Source: an uncultured Acidobacteriota bacterium
GTDB taxonomy: Bacteria; Acidobacteriota; UBA6911
NCBI GenBank assembly: GCA_963809485.1
Contig: CAWEJX010000015.1
Coordinates: forward strand, 1-64,000
Direction of reading: 5' to 3'
DNA: 64,000 nucleotides
The position numbers and the translations under genes were made by a program. Below the pieces are notes generated by a model that saw nothing but the letters and a program-made list of their open reading frames with translations, searched no databases and was not told the DNA's origin. The stretch's first letter is position 1; each line of letters opens with the position of its first letter. Positions 40,401 through 50,304 of the stretch are shown piece by piece.

Positions 40401-40876
40401 CCGACTTCCGCACGCGGCGCACCAAAAAAGGCGACCTCATGGCGCTTTTCACCCTGGAGGATTTGACCGGCGCCGTGGAGACCGTGGTTTTTCCCAACTC
40501 CTATCCCAAATTCGAACCGTACATGTCGGCGGATTTCCCGATCCTCGTTTCGGGACGGTTCGAGGCCGAAGATGAAAAAAGCTGCAAGCTGATTGCCTCC
40601 GAAATGCAGCCCCTTTCCGGGATTTCCGAACGAAGCGCCAAAACGCTGCGCATCCGCGCCTGCATCACCAACCTGTCCCCGGATACGGCAACGACGCTTC
40701 TAAGGCTGCTGGAGAGCAATCGCGGGGAAACCGGCGTCGAAATGGAGCTCTATAATCCTTCCGATTTCCGTGTTAACATCCAATGCGCGGACTTTGTTAA
40801 GGTGAAATCAAGCCCGGAGCTCATACGGCGGATAGAAGTCCTCTGCGGTCCCGGTTCGGTCAATGTAATTTCCTAG
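37415..40876 (+). CDS. dnaE: DNA polymerase III alpha subunit
   Basis: LHNHSDYSLLDG PHP domain, GRGS, PDIDMDF, KMDFL, YGFNKSH, OB fold. Confidence 0.97.
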   Translation: MSNPVSFVPLHNHSDYSLLDGASTIEALVDTALSMGMPALALTDHGNLFGAIQFYGIAREKNIKPIIGCEIYVAKESRHRKTGGGDQSNHLVLLAENLEGYHNLSRLVSCGFLEGFYYKPRVDKELLSQYGRGLIALSACLKGAVPQKLLMEQREAAAEEALALRDIFGPGNFFLELQNHNLPAQQRVNPLIIEISKKTGIPLVCTNDSHYLRQDDSVAHDVLLCIGTGKVVSQPDRMRYETDQFYFKSPEEMLSLWGEIPEALENTVRIAERCNLEIETKQPLPPFEVPAGHTSDSYFEKTVREGFQERRPHIEALSAAGRLKHPLSDYEERLTSEIGMIQKMDFSSYFLIVWDLIKYARDHSIPVGPGRGSVVGSLVAYSLRITDIDPLQYELFFERFMNPERIAPPDIDMDFCMNRRAEMIEYAAGKYGRDNVCQIITFGTMAARGVIRDVGRSLDIPYADVDRIAKLIPAELNATIDRALQQEPRLKEEMKNPSIAKLIEIGKRLEGLSRHSSTHAAGVVIAPRPLVELLPLQKTNKEEITTQYSMKDLETIGLLKMDFLALTTLTVIDSAVRRIREEKNIALDLSSIPLNDPKVFELFSEGRTNGIFQFESGGMKLELRRLKPERFEDLIALNALYRPGPMDMIPDFIKRKQGMIDVRYPHPLLEEILKETYGVIVYQEQVMQIASKMAGFSLGEADVLRKAMGKKKADVMASMRDKFLQGARKRKIPEKAAIQVFDMMEQFAQYGFNKSHSTAYALLAYQTAYLKVHYPVQFMAALLSSEIGNTDKIVMYIAECKEMGIPVLPPDINESSLEFLSLGGRIRFGMLAIRNVGEGAIRSILQYRNQYGRFRSLFHFCEEVDSRSLNKRVMESLVKSGAMDSLGLKRSQCMAMIDAAIEYGQKARRDRESGQKGLFAGMASEHSSLAEPSPPDIPEWDFEQRLASEKETLGYYVSGHPLDRFAEEVERFSKKNIAELKSEGKSTECRLAGIVTDFRTRRTKKGDLMALFTLEDLTGAVETVVFPNSYPKFEPYMSADFPILVSGRFEAEDEKSCKLIASEMQPLSGISERSAKTLRIRACITNLSPDTATTLLRLLESNRGETGVEMELYNPSDFRVNIQCADFVKVKSSPELIRRIEVLCGPGSVNVIS

Positions 40877-40895
40877 GATTTCAGGGTTTTGAATA

Positions 40896-41804
40896 ATGGA
40901 TACTCGCGGCGATACGGCAAAAAATGGGAGCGAGGATTCCGCTCAGGCCGAGATCGAGCGGCTGCTCGCCGAAGTGGAAAGGCTGCGCGGCGATGTTCCG
41001 GACACCGCCTACCAGAGAACCATTCTGGCCCGCCACGACTTGCGTCCTTACACCCTGGATTACGTCGGAAAGCTTTTTCAAAATTTTGCGGAACTGCACG
41101 GAGACCGCCGCTTCGCCGATGATCCGGCGATCGTTGCCGGTATGGCCCTTTATCATGACCTCCCCGTCATGGTTGTCGGCCATCAAAAAGGACGCGACCT
41201 CAAGCAGCGCCAGCACCGGAATTTCGGCTGTCCCCAGCCCGAAGGCTACCGCAAGGCCATCCGCGCCATGAAAATGGCCGACAAATTCCGGCGGCCGATC
41301 GTTTGTTTTATCGACACGCCGGGCGCCTACCCGGGCGTCGGCGCCGAAGAGCGGGGCCAGGCCGAAGCCATCGCCTTCAACCTGAGGGAAATGTCGCGCC
41401 TGCAGGTGCCGGTTGTCGTGTGCGTCATTGGAGAAGGCGGCAGCGGAGGAGCATTGGGGATTGCCGTGGGCAACTGGGTTCTGATGCAGGAGAATGCCAT
41501 ATACTCCGTCATCACTCCGGAAGGGTGCTCGGCCATCCTCTGGAAGGACCAGGAGCATGTGGTTGACGCCGCTGCAGCCCTCAAGATCACGGCAACCGAC
41601 CTGAAAGCCATGGGCGTCATCGACGAGATCGTGCCCGAACCTCCCGGGGGCGCTCACACCGATCACAATTCCGCCGCCGAGCTGCTGGACAATCATCTGT
41701 GGCCCAGCCTCGAAGCGCTGCTGCACAAATCCGGTGCTGAGATTCGCGACCAGCGCTACCAGAAGTTCCGCCAGATCGGCGCCGTATCCAGCCTGATGTT
41801 TTAG
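40896..41804 (+). CDS. accA: Acetyl-CoA carboxylase carboxyltransferase alpha subunit
   Basis: RPYTLDY, ELHGDR.FADD, PEGYRKA, DTPGAYPG, GEGGSGGA; directly after dnaE. Confidence 0.95.
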   Translation: MDTRGDTAKNGSEDSAQAEIERLLAEVERLRGDVPDTAYQRTILARHDLRPYTLDYVGKLFQNFAELHGDRRFADDPAIVAGMALYHDLPVMVVGHQKGRDLKQRQHRNFGCPQPEGYRKAIRAMKMADKFRRPIVCFIDTPGAYPGVGAEERGQAEAIAFNLREMSRLQVPVVVCVIGEGGSGGALGIAVGNWVLMQENAIYSVITPEGCSAILWKDQEHVVDAAAALKITATDLKAMGVIDEIVPEPPGGAHTDHNSAAELLDNHLWPSLEALLHKSGAEIRDQRYQKFRQIGAVSSLMF

Positions 41805-41834
41805 CCCCGTTGAAAATGCTGCTCGGACACATCA

Positions 41835-41997
41835 GTCAGGTACCTCAGGCAAAGCCGGAGGCTTGAAAGATTGGAACCGCTCAAAGCGGTTGGACTAGTT
41901 ACGCCGGTCTTGAACGCTGACGCACGCTGACCGGACGCCGACCCACGCCGACAAAAATTTATATATTTTTTCAGCGTACGTCAGCGTTTCAAAATAT
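41835..41997 (+). mobile_element. IS200/IS605-like MITE copy (subtype B, second end missing)
   Basis: GTCAGGTACCTCAGGCAAAGCCGGAGG end plus subtype B interior. Confidence 0.75.
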
Positions 41998-42009
41998 GGG
42001 GCGATGCCG

Positions 42010-43869
42010 TCAGACGCGGCCGAAGTTTCTTTCAATTTCGTAGAGGCTGAAACGCAGAATGATGGGCCTGCCATGAGGGCAGTTGGTGGGGATGCGCGTC
42101 AACGCCAGCTGGTCGATCAGCCACTGCATTTTTTCCGGAGTCAGCGGCGTATTGACTTTGATGGCGGCGCGGCAGGCGGTGGACACCGCGATGCGGTCCC
42201 GGATCCTTTCGACGTCCAGCGTCCTGTCTTCGGCCTCGAGATCGTCGAGTATTTCCGCCAGCAGTTTGCGGCAATCAGAATCGCCCGCTATCGCCGGAAC
42301 CGAACGGACCAAAACCGAGGTCCCTCCGAAGCCCTCGATTTCAAAACCATTCCCGCGCAGCTCGGGCATCACCCGCTCCATCAGCGCCACCTGGTGCGGC
42401 GCGAGTTCGAGCGAGATGGGAACCAGCAGGCCCTGCGCTTCCACCACACTTCCCTGTATGGCTGAAGCCAGTTTTTCGTAAAGGATGCGCTCATGGGCTA
42501 CGTGCTGATCTATGATCAGCAGTCCCTGGGCGTCGCTCGCGATAATGTAGCTCTCCTGGAGCTGGCCCAGGATTCGAATGGCCTCCGGCTGGAAAGGCCG
42601 CCCGGCTTCCGACGGGGAACCGTAAAGCATTTCGGGCAAAATCCTGAGGGAAGCGTGGCTCTCTTCCCGTTTTCCGAGTATACCCGCCGGGACTTCGCGG
42701 AACGGGTAGTTCAGGGCGCGCTGGAAGGGATTGGGCGCCGCCGACGGGGGGGTGAAATCAAAAACATCCCTGTTTCCCTCTGCCGGCGTGTTAAGCCGGA
42801 CCGGCGGAAACGCCGGCTGGTTTTCCGGCAACGCCTGAAATCGCCCGGCCTGATGCTGGTAAGAGGGAATCGACGCGTTTTGCACCAGTGCGCGCTCGAT
42901 GCTGTCGAGAACCAGCGAGTGCACCGTGTTCTGATCACGGAACCTGATTTCCGTCTTCGCCGGATGCGCATTGACATCCACTTCCTCGAAAGGCAATTCC
43001 AGGAAAAGAATCACGACCGGGTAGGCGGAAGCGGGCATGCAGTTCCGGTATGCCTTCCGGACCGCGCTCGTAATCACTTTGTCGCGAACCATGCGGCGGT
43101 TCACATAAAAGAACTGGGAATAGGGATTCGTCCTTTGTTCCTGGGGCCGGGAACTGAAACCGTGGACCTTTACGGGACCGCTCTGACCTGAAATTTCTAT
43201 GAGATTATCCAAAAATCCCTCGCCGAAAAGCTGGTATACGCGCTCCCGAACACTGTTGACTGCAACCGCGTCCACGAGCACCCTCCCCTCGCTGTCCAAC
43301 GTGAATCGGATTTCGGGATGAACCAGCGCGTAGTGCGTCACGAGCCTGGCGATGTGCCCCAGCTCCGTGTCGTGGGACCGGAGGAATTTTCTTCTCGCGG
43401 GTATGTTAAAGAACAGGTCGCGGACCGTTATCTCGGTGCCCTTGTCCCAGGATACGGGCTTGACGGAGCGCATGACGCCGCCCTGGATCTCTATTTCGCT
43501 CCCGGAAACCAGCCCCGCATCGGCGGGCTTCGTCCTCAGGGTCAGGCGGGACACCGATGCGATGGACGGAAGCGCCTCACCGCGGAATCCCAGAGTTGAG
43601 ATGGCGCTCAGGTCCTCGGCCGTTTGCAGTTTGCTTGTGGAATGGTGCTCGAAGGCAAGAATGGCGTCATCCTGGCTCATGCCTTCGCCGTCGTCCTGCA
43701 CGCTGATCAGCCGCTTGCCTCCCGAAACCACCGTGACGCGCACAGCCCTGCACCGGGCATCAAGGGAGTTTTCCAAAAGCTCCTTCACAACGGAAGCAGG
43801 CCGCTCGACAATCTCGCCGGCAGCGATTTTGTTTGCGACGATCTCCGGAAGCACGCGTATCTTGCTCAT
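42010..43869 (-). CDS. mutL: DNA mismatch repair endonuclease MutL
   Basis: IAAGEIVERPASVVKELLENSLDA, GFRGEAL, DQHVAHERILYE, ACR, CPHGRP. Confidence 0.97.
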   Translation of the reverse strand: MSKIRVLPEIVANKIAAGEIVERPASVVKELLENSLDARCRAVRVTVVSGGKRLISVQDDGEGMSQDDAILAFEHHSTSKLQTAEDLSAISTLGFRGEALPSIASVSRLTLRTKPADAGLVSGSEIEIQGGVMRSVKPVSWDKGTEITVRDLFFNIPARRKFLRSHDTELGHIARLVTHYALVHPEIRFTLDSEGRVLVDAVAVNSVRERVYQLFGEGFLDNLIEISGQSGPVKVHGFSSRPQEQRTNPYSQFFYVNRRMVRDKVITSAVRKAYRNCMPASAYPVVILFLELPFEEVDVNAHPAKTEIRFRDQNTVHSLVLDSIERALVQNASIPSYQHQAGRFQALPENQPAFPPVRLNTPAEGNRDVFDFTPPSAAPNPFQRALNYPFREVPAGILGKREESHASLRILPEMLYGSPSEAGRPFQPEAIRILGQLQESYIIASDAQGLLIIDQHVAHERILYEKLASAIQGSVVEAQGLLVPISLELAPHQVALMERVMPELRGNGFEIEGFGGTSVLVRSVPAIAGDSDCRKLLAEILDDLEAEDRTLDVERIRDRIAVSTACRAAIKVNTPLTPEKMQWLIDQLALTRIPTNCPHGRPIILRFSLYEIERNFGRV

Positions 43870-43937
43870 AACGCCGCCCTGTGAGGGAACATCCGCATCC
43901 GGGTGTCGACGGTCCCCGGCCTCAGCCTTCCAATGTC

Positions 43938-45230
43938 TTACACCCGGGCCGATGTTCCGCTATTCCTGCCGGCCCGGGATTGGAGGTATTCCGCCAGTTC
44001 GGGTAGAGAAACCTCCCATTGGCGTGATTCCTCCAGGCTTTTGATGACAAACCGTTCGCGTACCAGCTCCTCGTCCCCGATGATCAACACATGCTCTGCC
44101 CTGAGCCTGTTGGCAAGCCGCAACTGGCTTTTGAGGCTTCCGGCGGAGAAGTCCACATAGCAGGCGTGCCCCCGCCCGCGCAGGTCGCGCGCGATTGCGA
44201 GAGCCTTCTTGAAAGCCGGCTCGCCCAGATAAGCCACAAACAGCTCCGGCATCCATTGCCACTCCCTGCCTTGAGCTTCGGGCAGGATCATCACAAGCCG
44301 GTCCAGCCCCAGCGCGAATCCGAGGGCTCGCACCGGCGGACCGCCGAGGACCTCGGCCAGCCCGTCATAGCGGCCGCCGCCCGCAATTGCATTCTGCGAG
44401 CCCAGTTCTCCGCTCACAATTTCAAAAGCGGTCCGCATGTAATAATCCAATCCGCGGACAAGCCTGGGCGAAACCTCGAATGGGATGCCGCTCTCCTGCA
44501 GGCAGGCCTTCACTCTCCCGAAATGATCCGCGCACTCCGCACAAAGGTGATCTGTGATGGCCGGCAGGCTGCGTATGAGCGGCTGGCAGCTCTCGACTTT
44601 GCAGTCCAGCACGCGGAGGCTGTTCGTCACGGCGCGCCGCCGGCAATCCTCGCAGAAATCCGCAAGGTGCTTCTGCAGTTCGGAGCGCAGTTTCCCGACG
44701 TAAAGCGGCCGGCAATTGGGGCATCCCACGGAATTGATCAGCAGCCTGGCCTTCACTTCCAGGGATTCCAGGAGCCTCAAGGCCACCTCGATCATCTCGG
44801 CATCGGCGGCCGGATGATCCGATCCAAGAGTCTCCGCCCCGATCTGATAAAACTGGCGCCACCGCCCCTTTTGCTTCTTCTCGTACCGGAACATGGGGCC
44901 GATGTAGAAAAGCTTCGTGATTCCGCCCCCGCGGTACATGTGGTTCTGCAGATATGCCCGGACCACCGAGGCCGTGGCTTCCGGGCGAAGGGTTACCGAC
45001 CGGTTGCTCTGATCCGTAAAGGTGTACATTTCCTTTCCGACAATGTCGGTATCGTCCCCGATGCCGCGCGCGAAAAGCTCCGTCGCCTCGAAGATGGGAG
45101 TCCGTATTTCGAGGAACCCGTATCGGTAAAAAATCCGCCGCGCACAGTCCTCGACATACTGCCAACGGGCAAGTTCCTCCGGCAGCAGATCCCTGGTGCC
45201 CGGGAGGTTATTCGAAAGCAAGTCTTCCAT
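43938..45230 (-). CDS. hisS: Histidine--tRNA ligase
   Basis: LRPEATA, GPMFRYE, RQFYQIG, LVRGLDYY, GGGRYDGL. Confidence 0.96.
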   Translation of the reverse strand: MEDLLSNNLPGTRDLLPEELARWQYVEDCARRIFYRYGFLEIRTPIFEATELFARGIGDDTDIVGKEMYTFTDQSNRSVTLRPEATASVVRAYLQNHMYRGGGITKLFYIGPMFRYEKKQKGRWRQFYQIGAETLGSDHPAADAEMIEVALRLLESLEVKARLLINSVGCPNCRPLYVGKLRSELQKHLADFCEDCRRRAVTNSLRVLDCKVESCQPLIRSLPAITDHLCAECADHFGRVKACLQESGIPFEVSPRLVRGLDYYMRTAFEIVSGELGSQNAIAGGGRYDGLAEVLGGPPVRALGFALGLDRLVMILPEAQGREWQWMPELFVAYLGEPAFKKALAIARDLRGRGHACYVDFSAGSLKSQLRLANRLRAEHVLIIGDEELVRERFVIKSLEESRQWEVSLPELAEYLQSRAGRNSGTSARV

Positions 45231-45358
45231 GGCATGACCTTTATTCAGGAATAAGCGGTTATGGTAACAAACTCCGCCCCCCTCCCATAATTCTTTTCCG
45301 GATGTTTTTTGAGGCTACTGTTCGCATCCTTCGCATTTTTGTCAGCGCTACCAAAAGA

Positions 45359-45575
45359 GTCAGGTACCTCCGGCAAAGCCGGAGGCTTGAAAAATTGGAA
45401 CCGCTCAAAGCGGTTGGAGGAGTTAGGCCAATCTTAAACGCTGACTTACGCAGGCAAAAGCCGATGAGGTGCTTCCGATCCCCGCCGACCAGATCGGCGT
45501 TTGTCAGCGCTTTGGTCAGCGTATTTCCGCGTTTCAAAATTGGGAGCTGTCAAACTCTATGAGTCAGCCGGCAAG
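45359..45575 (+). mobile_element. IS200/IS605-like MITE copy (subtype A, degenerate second end)
   Basis: First hairpin intact; ends ...GAGCTGTCAAACTCTATGAGTCAGCCGGCA. Confidence 0.72.
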
Positions 45576-45664
45576 ACTGAAGGACTGCCGGTGTATGTAT
45601 CATTGCGTTTGTCCGGCTTCAGAATTTTTGCGCCCCGGTCCAGGAATGCTGCTAATATTCGGAT

Positions 45665-47017
45665 ATGATGGTGCAAAAGATATTTGTCAAAATTTCCCGT
45701 TTCCTTTTTTTGCTTTTTTTTATGCTGCCCGGGCTGAAGGCTGAGGACTGGCCTCGATGGCGCGGACCGTCAGGGAACGGTATTTCCAGTGAGTCCGGAC
45801 TGCCGGTTCAGTGGAGCGCGAGCGAACACCTGGCCTGGAAAGCATCGCTCGCCGGACTCGGGGTTTCATCGCCGATTGTCTGGGGCGACAGGGTGTTTGT
45901 GACCTCGCAGGAAGGCACAGTTCCCATCAACCAGGCCAGCTACCCACGCCTGGCGCGGGACGACCAGGACCTCGCCAGCCGGGAAAATCCGATCGGCAGC
46001 CGGAGCAAACAAGCAAAAGATTCCCGGAGCGAGGTCTTTTTGATCGTGGAAGCATTCCGGCGAACCGACGGCAAGAGGCTGTGGGAATATAGGACGAAGG
46101 CCACGGGAGAGTTCCCCCCGCTTCACGAAAAGCACAATCTTGCTACTCCGACACCGGTCACGGACGGGAAGCTTGTTTATGCCTTGTTCGGTACCGGCCA
46201 GATTCTGGCTCTCGACATGAGCGGCCGTCTGGTTTGGGAACGTCCTTTGGGCACTGAGTACGCCACCTTCAATACGCCGTGGGGATATGGCGGGTCCCCG
46301 ATCCTCCACAAGGAAACGCTGATCCTTTTATGTGACCTCGCGCAGAAGTCCTATCTGCTTGCTCTGGACAAGGGCACAGGAAAGGAACGCTGGAACGTGG
46401 ATCGCGGTAAAGGCCGCGTATCACACAGTACGCCTCTGGTTGCCGGAGGGATGGGAGGAGATGAATTGATCATCAACTCGAGCGAGCGCATTGATGCCTA
46501 CAATCCCGATAATGGCCAGCTTCTCTGGTACACCGGGACCCAGCGGCAGACACCGATTCCCTCGCCTGTTATCCATAACGGCGTGATTTACCTGAGCCGC
46601 GGCTACCGCAACAGCGATTTCCTGGCAATACGAACCGGCGGCCGGGGCGATATCTCCCAAAGCCACATTCTCTGGCGTGCCCCTGGCGGCGCCTCCTATG
46701 TGCCCTCACTCCTGTATTACGATGGATTGGTTTACGTGACCAACGAAGTCGGTATTGTGACGTGTGCAGATGCCCAAACCGGAAAATCCGTGTGGCGCCA
46801 TAGGCTCGGTGAAATCTTCTTTGCATCGCCCGTGGCCGGCGATGGGAAAGTGTACATGGTTGGCGAAACAGGAGAAACCTTCGTCCTTGGAGCCGGGCGC
46901 GAAGTGAAGATCCTGGCCAGGAACTCTATCGGCGAACGCGTCCTCGCTTCCCCGGCCATCTCTCAAGGGCACTTGTTTCTGCGCAGCGACGGTACGTTGT
47001 TTTGCATTGGCGACTGA
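45665..47017 (+). CDS. PQQ-binding-like beta-propeller repeat protein
   Basis: Signal peptide then EDWPRWRGP; repeated SSP/TP...G..W blades. Confidence 0.85.
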   Translation: MMVQKIFVKISRFLFLLFFMLPGLKAEDWPRWRGPSGNGISSESGLPVQWSASEHLAWKASLAGLGVSSPIVWGDRVFVTSQEGTVPINQASYPRLARDDQDLASRENPIGSRSKQAKDSRSEVFLIVEAFRRTDGKRLWEYRTKATGEFPPLHEKHNLATPTPVTDGKLVYALFGTGQILALDMSGRLVWERPLGTEYATFNTPWGYGGSPILHKETLILLCDLAQKSYLLALDKGTGKERWNVDRGKGRVSHSTPLVAGGMGGDELIINSSERIDAYNPDNGQLLWYTGTQRQTPIPSPVIHNGVIYLSRGYRNSDFLAIRTGGRGDISQSHILWRAPGGASYVPSLLYYDGLVYVTNEVGIVTCADAQTGKSVWRHRLGEIFFASPVAGDGKVYMVGETGETFVLGAGREVKILARNSIGERVLASPAISQGHLFLRSDGTLFCIGD

Positions 47018-47084
47018 CGGCTTCAGGGCTGGATGCGCCCATCCTCAAATGCTGCCCGCTCTTTTCCGCTCGCAGGCTCTTAAC

Positions 47085-47205
47085 CGCTGACCCTCATCCA
47101 AACTCTATTGTCAGCGTTCCTCACTGCCTTTGTCAGCGTGCGTCAGCGTTACCGGATCCCGGAGTTGGAAAACTCCATGAGCCCGCCGGCAAAACAGCGG
47201 CTGAG
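47085..47205 (+). repeat. Highly degenerate MITE-related remnant
   Basis: GTCAGCGT repeats followed by CGGAGTTGGAAAACTCCATGAGCCCGCCGGCA, similar to CGGAGCTGTCAAACTCTATGAGTCCCCCGGCA. Confidence 0.5.
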
Positions 47206-47287
47206 CCGATCCATCAATTGTCTCTCAAAATTTCTGAAAGTAGCTTAGAATGCAAGCCAAAATGACAATAGGGGAGATGGTGTCCAA

Positions 47288-48499
47288 ATGACAAATTCAA
47301 ATCGCGGCTACGAGTTCCGAATCCTGACAATCTTCTTCATCACCTGGGGCATCGTTTTCATGGACCGGTTGGCGTTTTCTTTCCTGGCGCCGATTGTCAT
47401 GCCGAAACTGCACTTGACGAATACCGATATCGGTTGGGTCGGATTCGCCACTTCGGCTGCTTTCGCGGTTTCTTCCATTGTATTCGGCTTTGTCTCCGAC
47501 AAGCTGGGCTATAGAAAAAAGGTCCTTCTTCCGTTTCTTATGGGCACTGCAATTTGCGCGGCTGCCGGTGTCGCGGTGAATACATTCGGACAATTGCTGC
47601 TGGTCCGGGCGCTGGTCGGTTTCTGCGAAGGCCCGATTTCCCCGCTGCTGTATTCCATGCTCTTCAGCGTCAATAAAGACAGTTTTGGCCGCAACTGCGG
47701 CATTCTGAACGCCTCCGTCGGAACGATCGGGACAACGATCGGGCCTGTCTTTATCACGCAATTGGCCGCGGCCTATACCTGGCAAACGACCTTCCTCCTC
47801 TCCAGTTTGCCGACTTTTGTCATGTTTTTTGTCGTTCTGTTTTATGTAAGAGAAATCCATGTGGAAAAGGAACCTGCCGGTGAAGCAGGCAAGGCCGCTC
47901 AAAAAGCCGGTTTTATGGATCTCTTTAAGAACAGGAATGTGGTTATTTGCCTCATCATGTGCGTGCTGGGCCTGTGCGGATACTGGACCATGATGCTTTA
48001 TTCCTCGGTATACCTGGTGAATGTTTCCCACTTTAATTTGCAGGCGATGGGCTGGTTGACTTCCGCCATGGGGATCCTTTACATCATTTACTGCATCTTC
48101 GTGCCGAAACTCGCGGACAATTTTGGACGAAAGCCGGTATTGTTCGTCAGCCTGGTTTTCAGCATTATCGCCCCGCTGTTTATGTACCTGTTCCCGGGCG
48201 CGGCCATATCCGCTTACGGCTATATCTTCTTCTTTGGATTTACGGCTGCCGCGATTCCCATCTACATGACGATGGTTCCCATGGAATCCGTTTCTGTGAC
48301 GCTGGTAGCCACCGTCGGCGCTTTGGTCCAGGGCATGGGCGACTTGCTGGGCGCCGCTGCATGGCCGGTTATCGCCGGCAAGATCGCGGATACAAAGGGG
48401 CTGCCTTTCATGATGCTGACGGCCTCCCTGCTCCTGGCAGTGACAGCAGTCCTGACCCTGGCTTTGAATGAAACCCGGCCGCGCAGGCGGTCCATTTGA
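47288..48499 (+). CDS. MFS transporter
   Basis: About 12 TM segments; GFVSDKLGYRK and KLADNFGRK motif A. Confidence 0.9.
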   Translation: MTNSNRGYEFRILTIFFITWGIVFMDRLAFSFLAPIVMPKLHLTNTDIGWVGFATSAAFAVSSIVFGFVSDKLGYRKKVLLPFLMGTAICAAAGVAVNTFGQLLLVRALVGFCEGPISPLLYSMLFSVNKDSFGRNCGILNASVGTIGTTIGPVFITQLAAAYTWQTTFLLSSLPTFVMFFVVLFYVREIHVEKEPAGEAGKAAQKAGFMDLFKNRNVVICLIMCVLGLCGYWTMMLYSSVYLVNVSHFNLQAMGWLTSAMGILYIIYCIFVPKLADNFGRKPVLFVSLVFSIIAPLFMYLFPGAAISAYGYIFFFGFTAAAIPIYMTMVPMESVSVTLVATVGALVQGMGDLLGAAAWPVIAGKIADTKGLPFMMLTASLLLAVTAVLTLALNETRPRRRSI

Positions 48500-48512
48500 G
48501 GAAGGCGGGAAT

Positions 48513-49907
48513 TTACTGAACCGGCTTTTGCTGGAACACGCTGCGCTTGGAGACTTCCTGGATCAGCATCTCCAGGAAGCCGACGAATTTTCGCATGTGC
48601 GTCCGTATCTCGATAAAGCTGCCGGATATCGCCAGCGCGTCCAGGAAGGTCTCAAATTCCGCCCAATCGCGGTACATGAGAGACCGCATCGACGCATCCT
48701 TGAAGGAGGTGAGGCGCTCGATGATCTTGTTCGAATCCAGCTCCTCCCTGTTTTGAAGCAGATCGATCAGCCACTGCCTCAGGTCCCACATGTCCTGGCG
48801 CAGCTTCTCGGCGGCCACCAGCCGCTGAGCCCTGGACGGGAAGAGAGCCGCCGCATCGAAGTTTTTATCGATCGCCTGGAGCAGCGTCACGATGCAGCTC
48901 TGGCTGCAGTTGCGCAACAGGCCGTAGCTGTTTTCTATGCGTGTATAAATAGAAGACGGTTCCATCTCCCCGGAAACCAGGATCAGCTCGCGGCTCATCA
49001 CTCTCTGCGACTCCATTTTCAGCGAATAGGCGACCAGGTCCGCGGCATTCTGCAGTCCCTGCATCGCCTCCTTCCCTTTCAGAAAACGTGTTTTCAGAAA
49101 ATCCGCGAGATTGCCCATCTCCTCGTGAATCAGGGAGAATATTACGAGATGATGCCGCAGCGGCCGATCCTTTTTCAGATCCGCCGATACCAGCCTCAGA
49201 TATTTGAGAATCCGGAAAAGATAGAGCAGCGCCAGCGCCATATTGCGCCGGGCCGCTTCTTCCGGAATCAGATGCAGCGTTTCGGTAAGCAGTTTACTGT
49301 CGATCAGATCGTACTGCAGCCTGAATCGCTGGCTCAACAGCATGTCGATGTAGCGGCAGTTCTTCAGTTCACGCCCGAAGCACCTTCCCAGGCTCAGAAA
49401 CAACTGGTAGCCCACAAAGGACTGGTCCGTGACCGCGTCAATGGTTATGCGCAGGTCGTTTAGAAATTCCATCAGCAGGCCGATGCTGTCCCTGGGGCTC
49501 AGCTGCTCCATCATCCGGCTGACGTGGAAATCCAGGATGCGGTCCTTGCGCAACTGGACTTCGATGAATTCGTCAAACTCGAACTTGCCCGTAATCGCGG
49601 GTGCAATCACCGCGGAGGCATAGGATTCGCAGGCCTGGACAGCCGATCGGACGATGCCCAATTCCAGGGCGAAACTTCGGGTCATAAGCTCCGCCTTTTC
49701 CGATTCACTCAAGGGCAGATGGTCGAGGTTGAAAAACGACCGAGTCCCCTTCAGCCAGGTCTCCAGGCCGAAAAGGCTTTCGATGGCGCCTTGGGTGTGA
49801 ACCTGCTTGACCCAGTCGGTCAGGTTCTCGCTGCCCGCAACAATTTCCAGGCGCAATGCATCGAGAAATGAATTTTGGCTGCCGGCCGGTCTAATTTCCT
49901 GAAGCAT
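48513..49907 (-). CDS. Hypothetical all-helical protein (464 aa)
   Basis: Long ORF in an operon-like run; no motif recognised. Confidence 0.7.
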   Translation of the reverse strand: MLQEIRPAGSQNSFLDALRLEIVAGSENLTDWVKQVHTQGAIESLFGLETWLKGTRSFFNLDHLPLSESEKAELMTRSFALELGIVRSAVQACESYASAVIAPAITGKFEFDEFIEVQLRKDRILDFHVSRMMEQLSPRDSIGLLMEFLNDLRITIDAVTDQSFVGYQLFLSLGRCFGRELKNCRYIDMLLSQRFRLQYDLIDSKLLTETLHLIPEEAARRNMALALLYLFRILKYLRLVSADLKKDRPLRHHLVIFSLIHEEMGNLADFLKTRFLKGKEAMQGLQNAADLVAYSLKMESQRVMSRELILVSGEMEPSSIYTRIENSYGLLRNCSQSCIVTLLQAIDKNFDAAALFPSRAQRLVAAEKLRQDMWDLRQWLIDLLQNREELDSNKIIERLTSFKDASMRSLMYRDWAEFETFLDALAISGSFIEIRTHMRKFVGFLEMLIQEVSKRSVFQQKPVQ

Positions 49908-50295
49908 CCCGGCCCCCCGATTTCAGGCTTCCCCCGGACTCAAGTGCCAGGAGTTCCCTAAATTCCGCAGTATCTTTTCGCATTGAAAGCCAATCATCAA
50001 ACAAGGCCGGCGTCTCCAGCCAGATTTTGAACCAGGTTGCCACTTCCTTTTTGTGAAGCCTCTTTTCGGGCGCGACCTTGCAGTTGCGGCTGATAAGTTC
50101 TGCCCGCTGCCGGCCCAGAAAAGCAACACGGCGGCAATACTCCACACCCTTCTTATCGCTCGCCAGGCGATAATTCCGACATAAATTTTCCAGGCTTCTT
50201 ATGGTTTGTTCCGTCCTGGCGAAGGTGGAGAAGGATAAAATATCCCTAAGCGCTTCACGATAAGGCATTTCCATTTCCTGGAGCAGCCGTTTCAT
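49891..50295 (-). CDS. Hypothetical protein
   Basis: 134 aa ORF overlapping the next gene; WFKIWLETPALFDDWL motif. Confidence 0.65.
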   Translation of the reverse strand: MKRLLQEMEMPYREALRDILSFSTFARTEQTIRSLENLCRNYRLASDKKGVEYCRRVAFLGRQRAELISRNCKVAPEKRLHKKEVATWFKIWLETPALFDDWLSMRKDTAEFRELLALESGGSLKSGGRDASGN

Positions 50296-50304
50296 AGCGG
50301 GAGT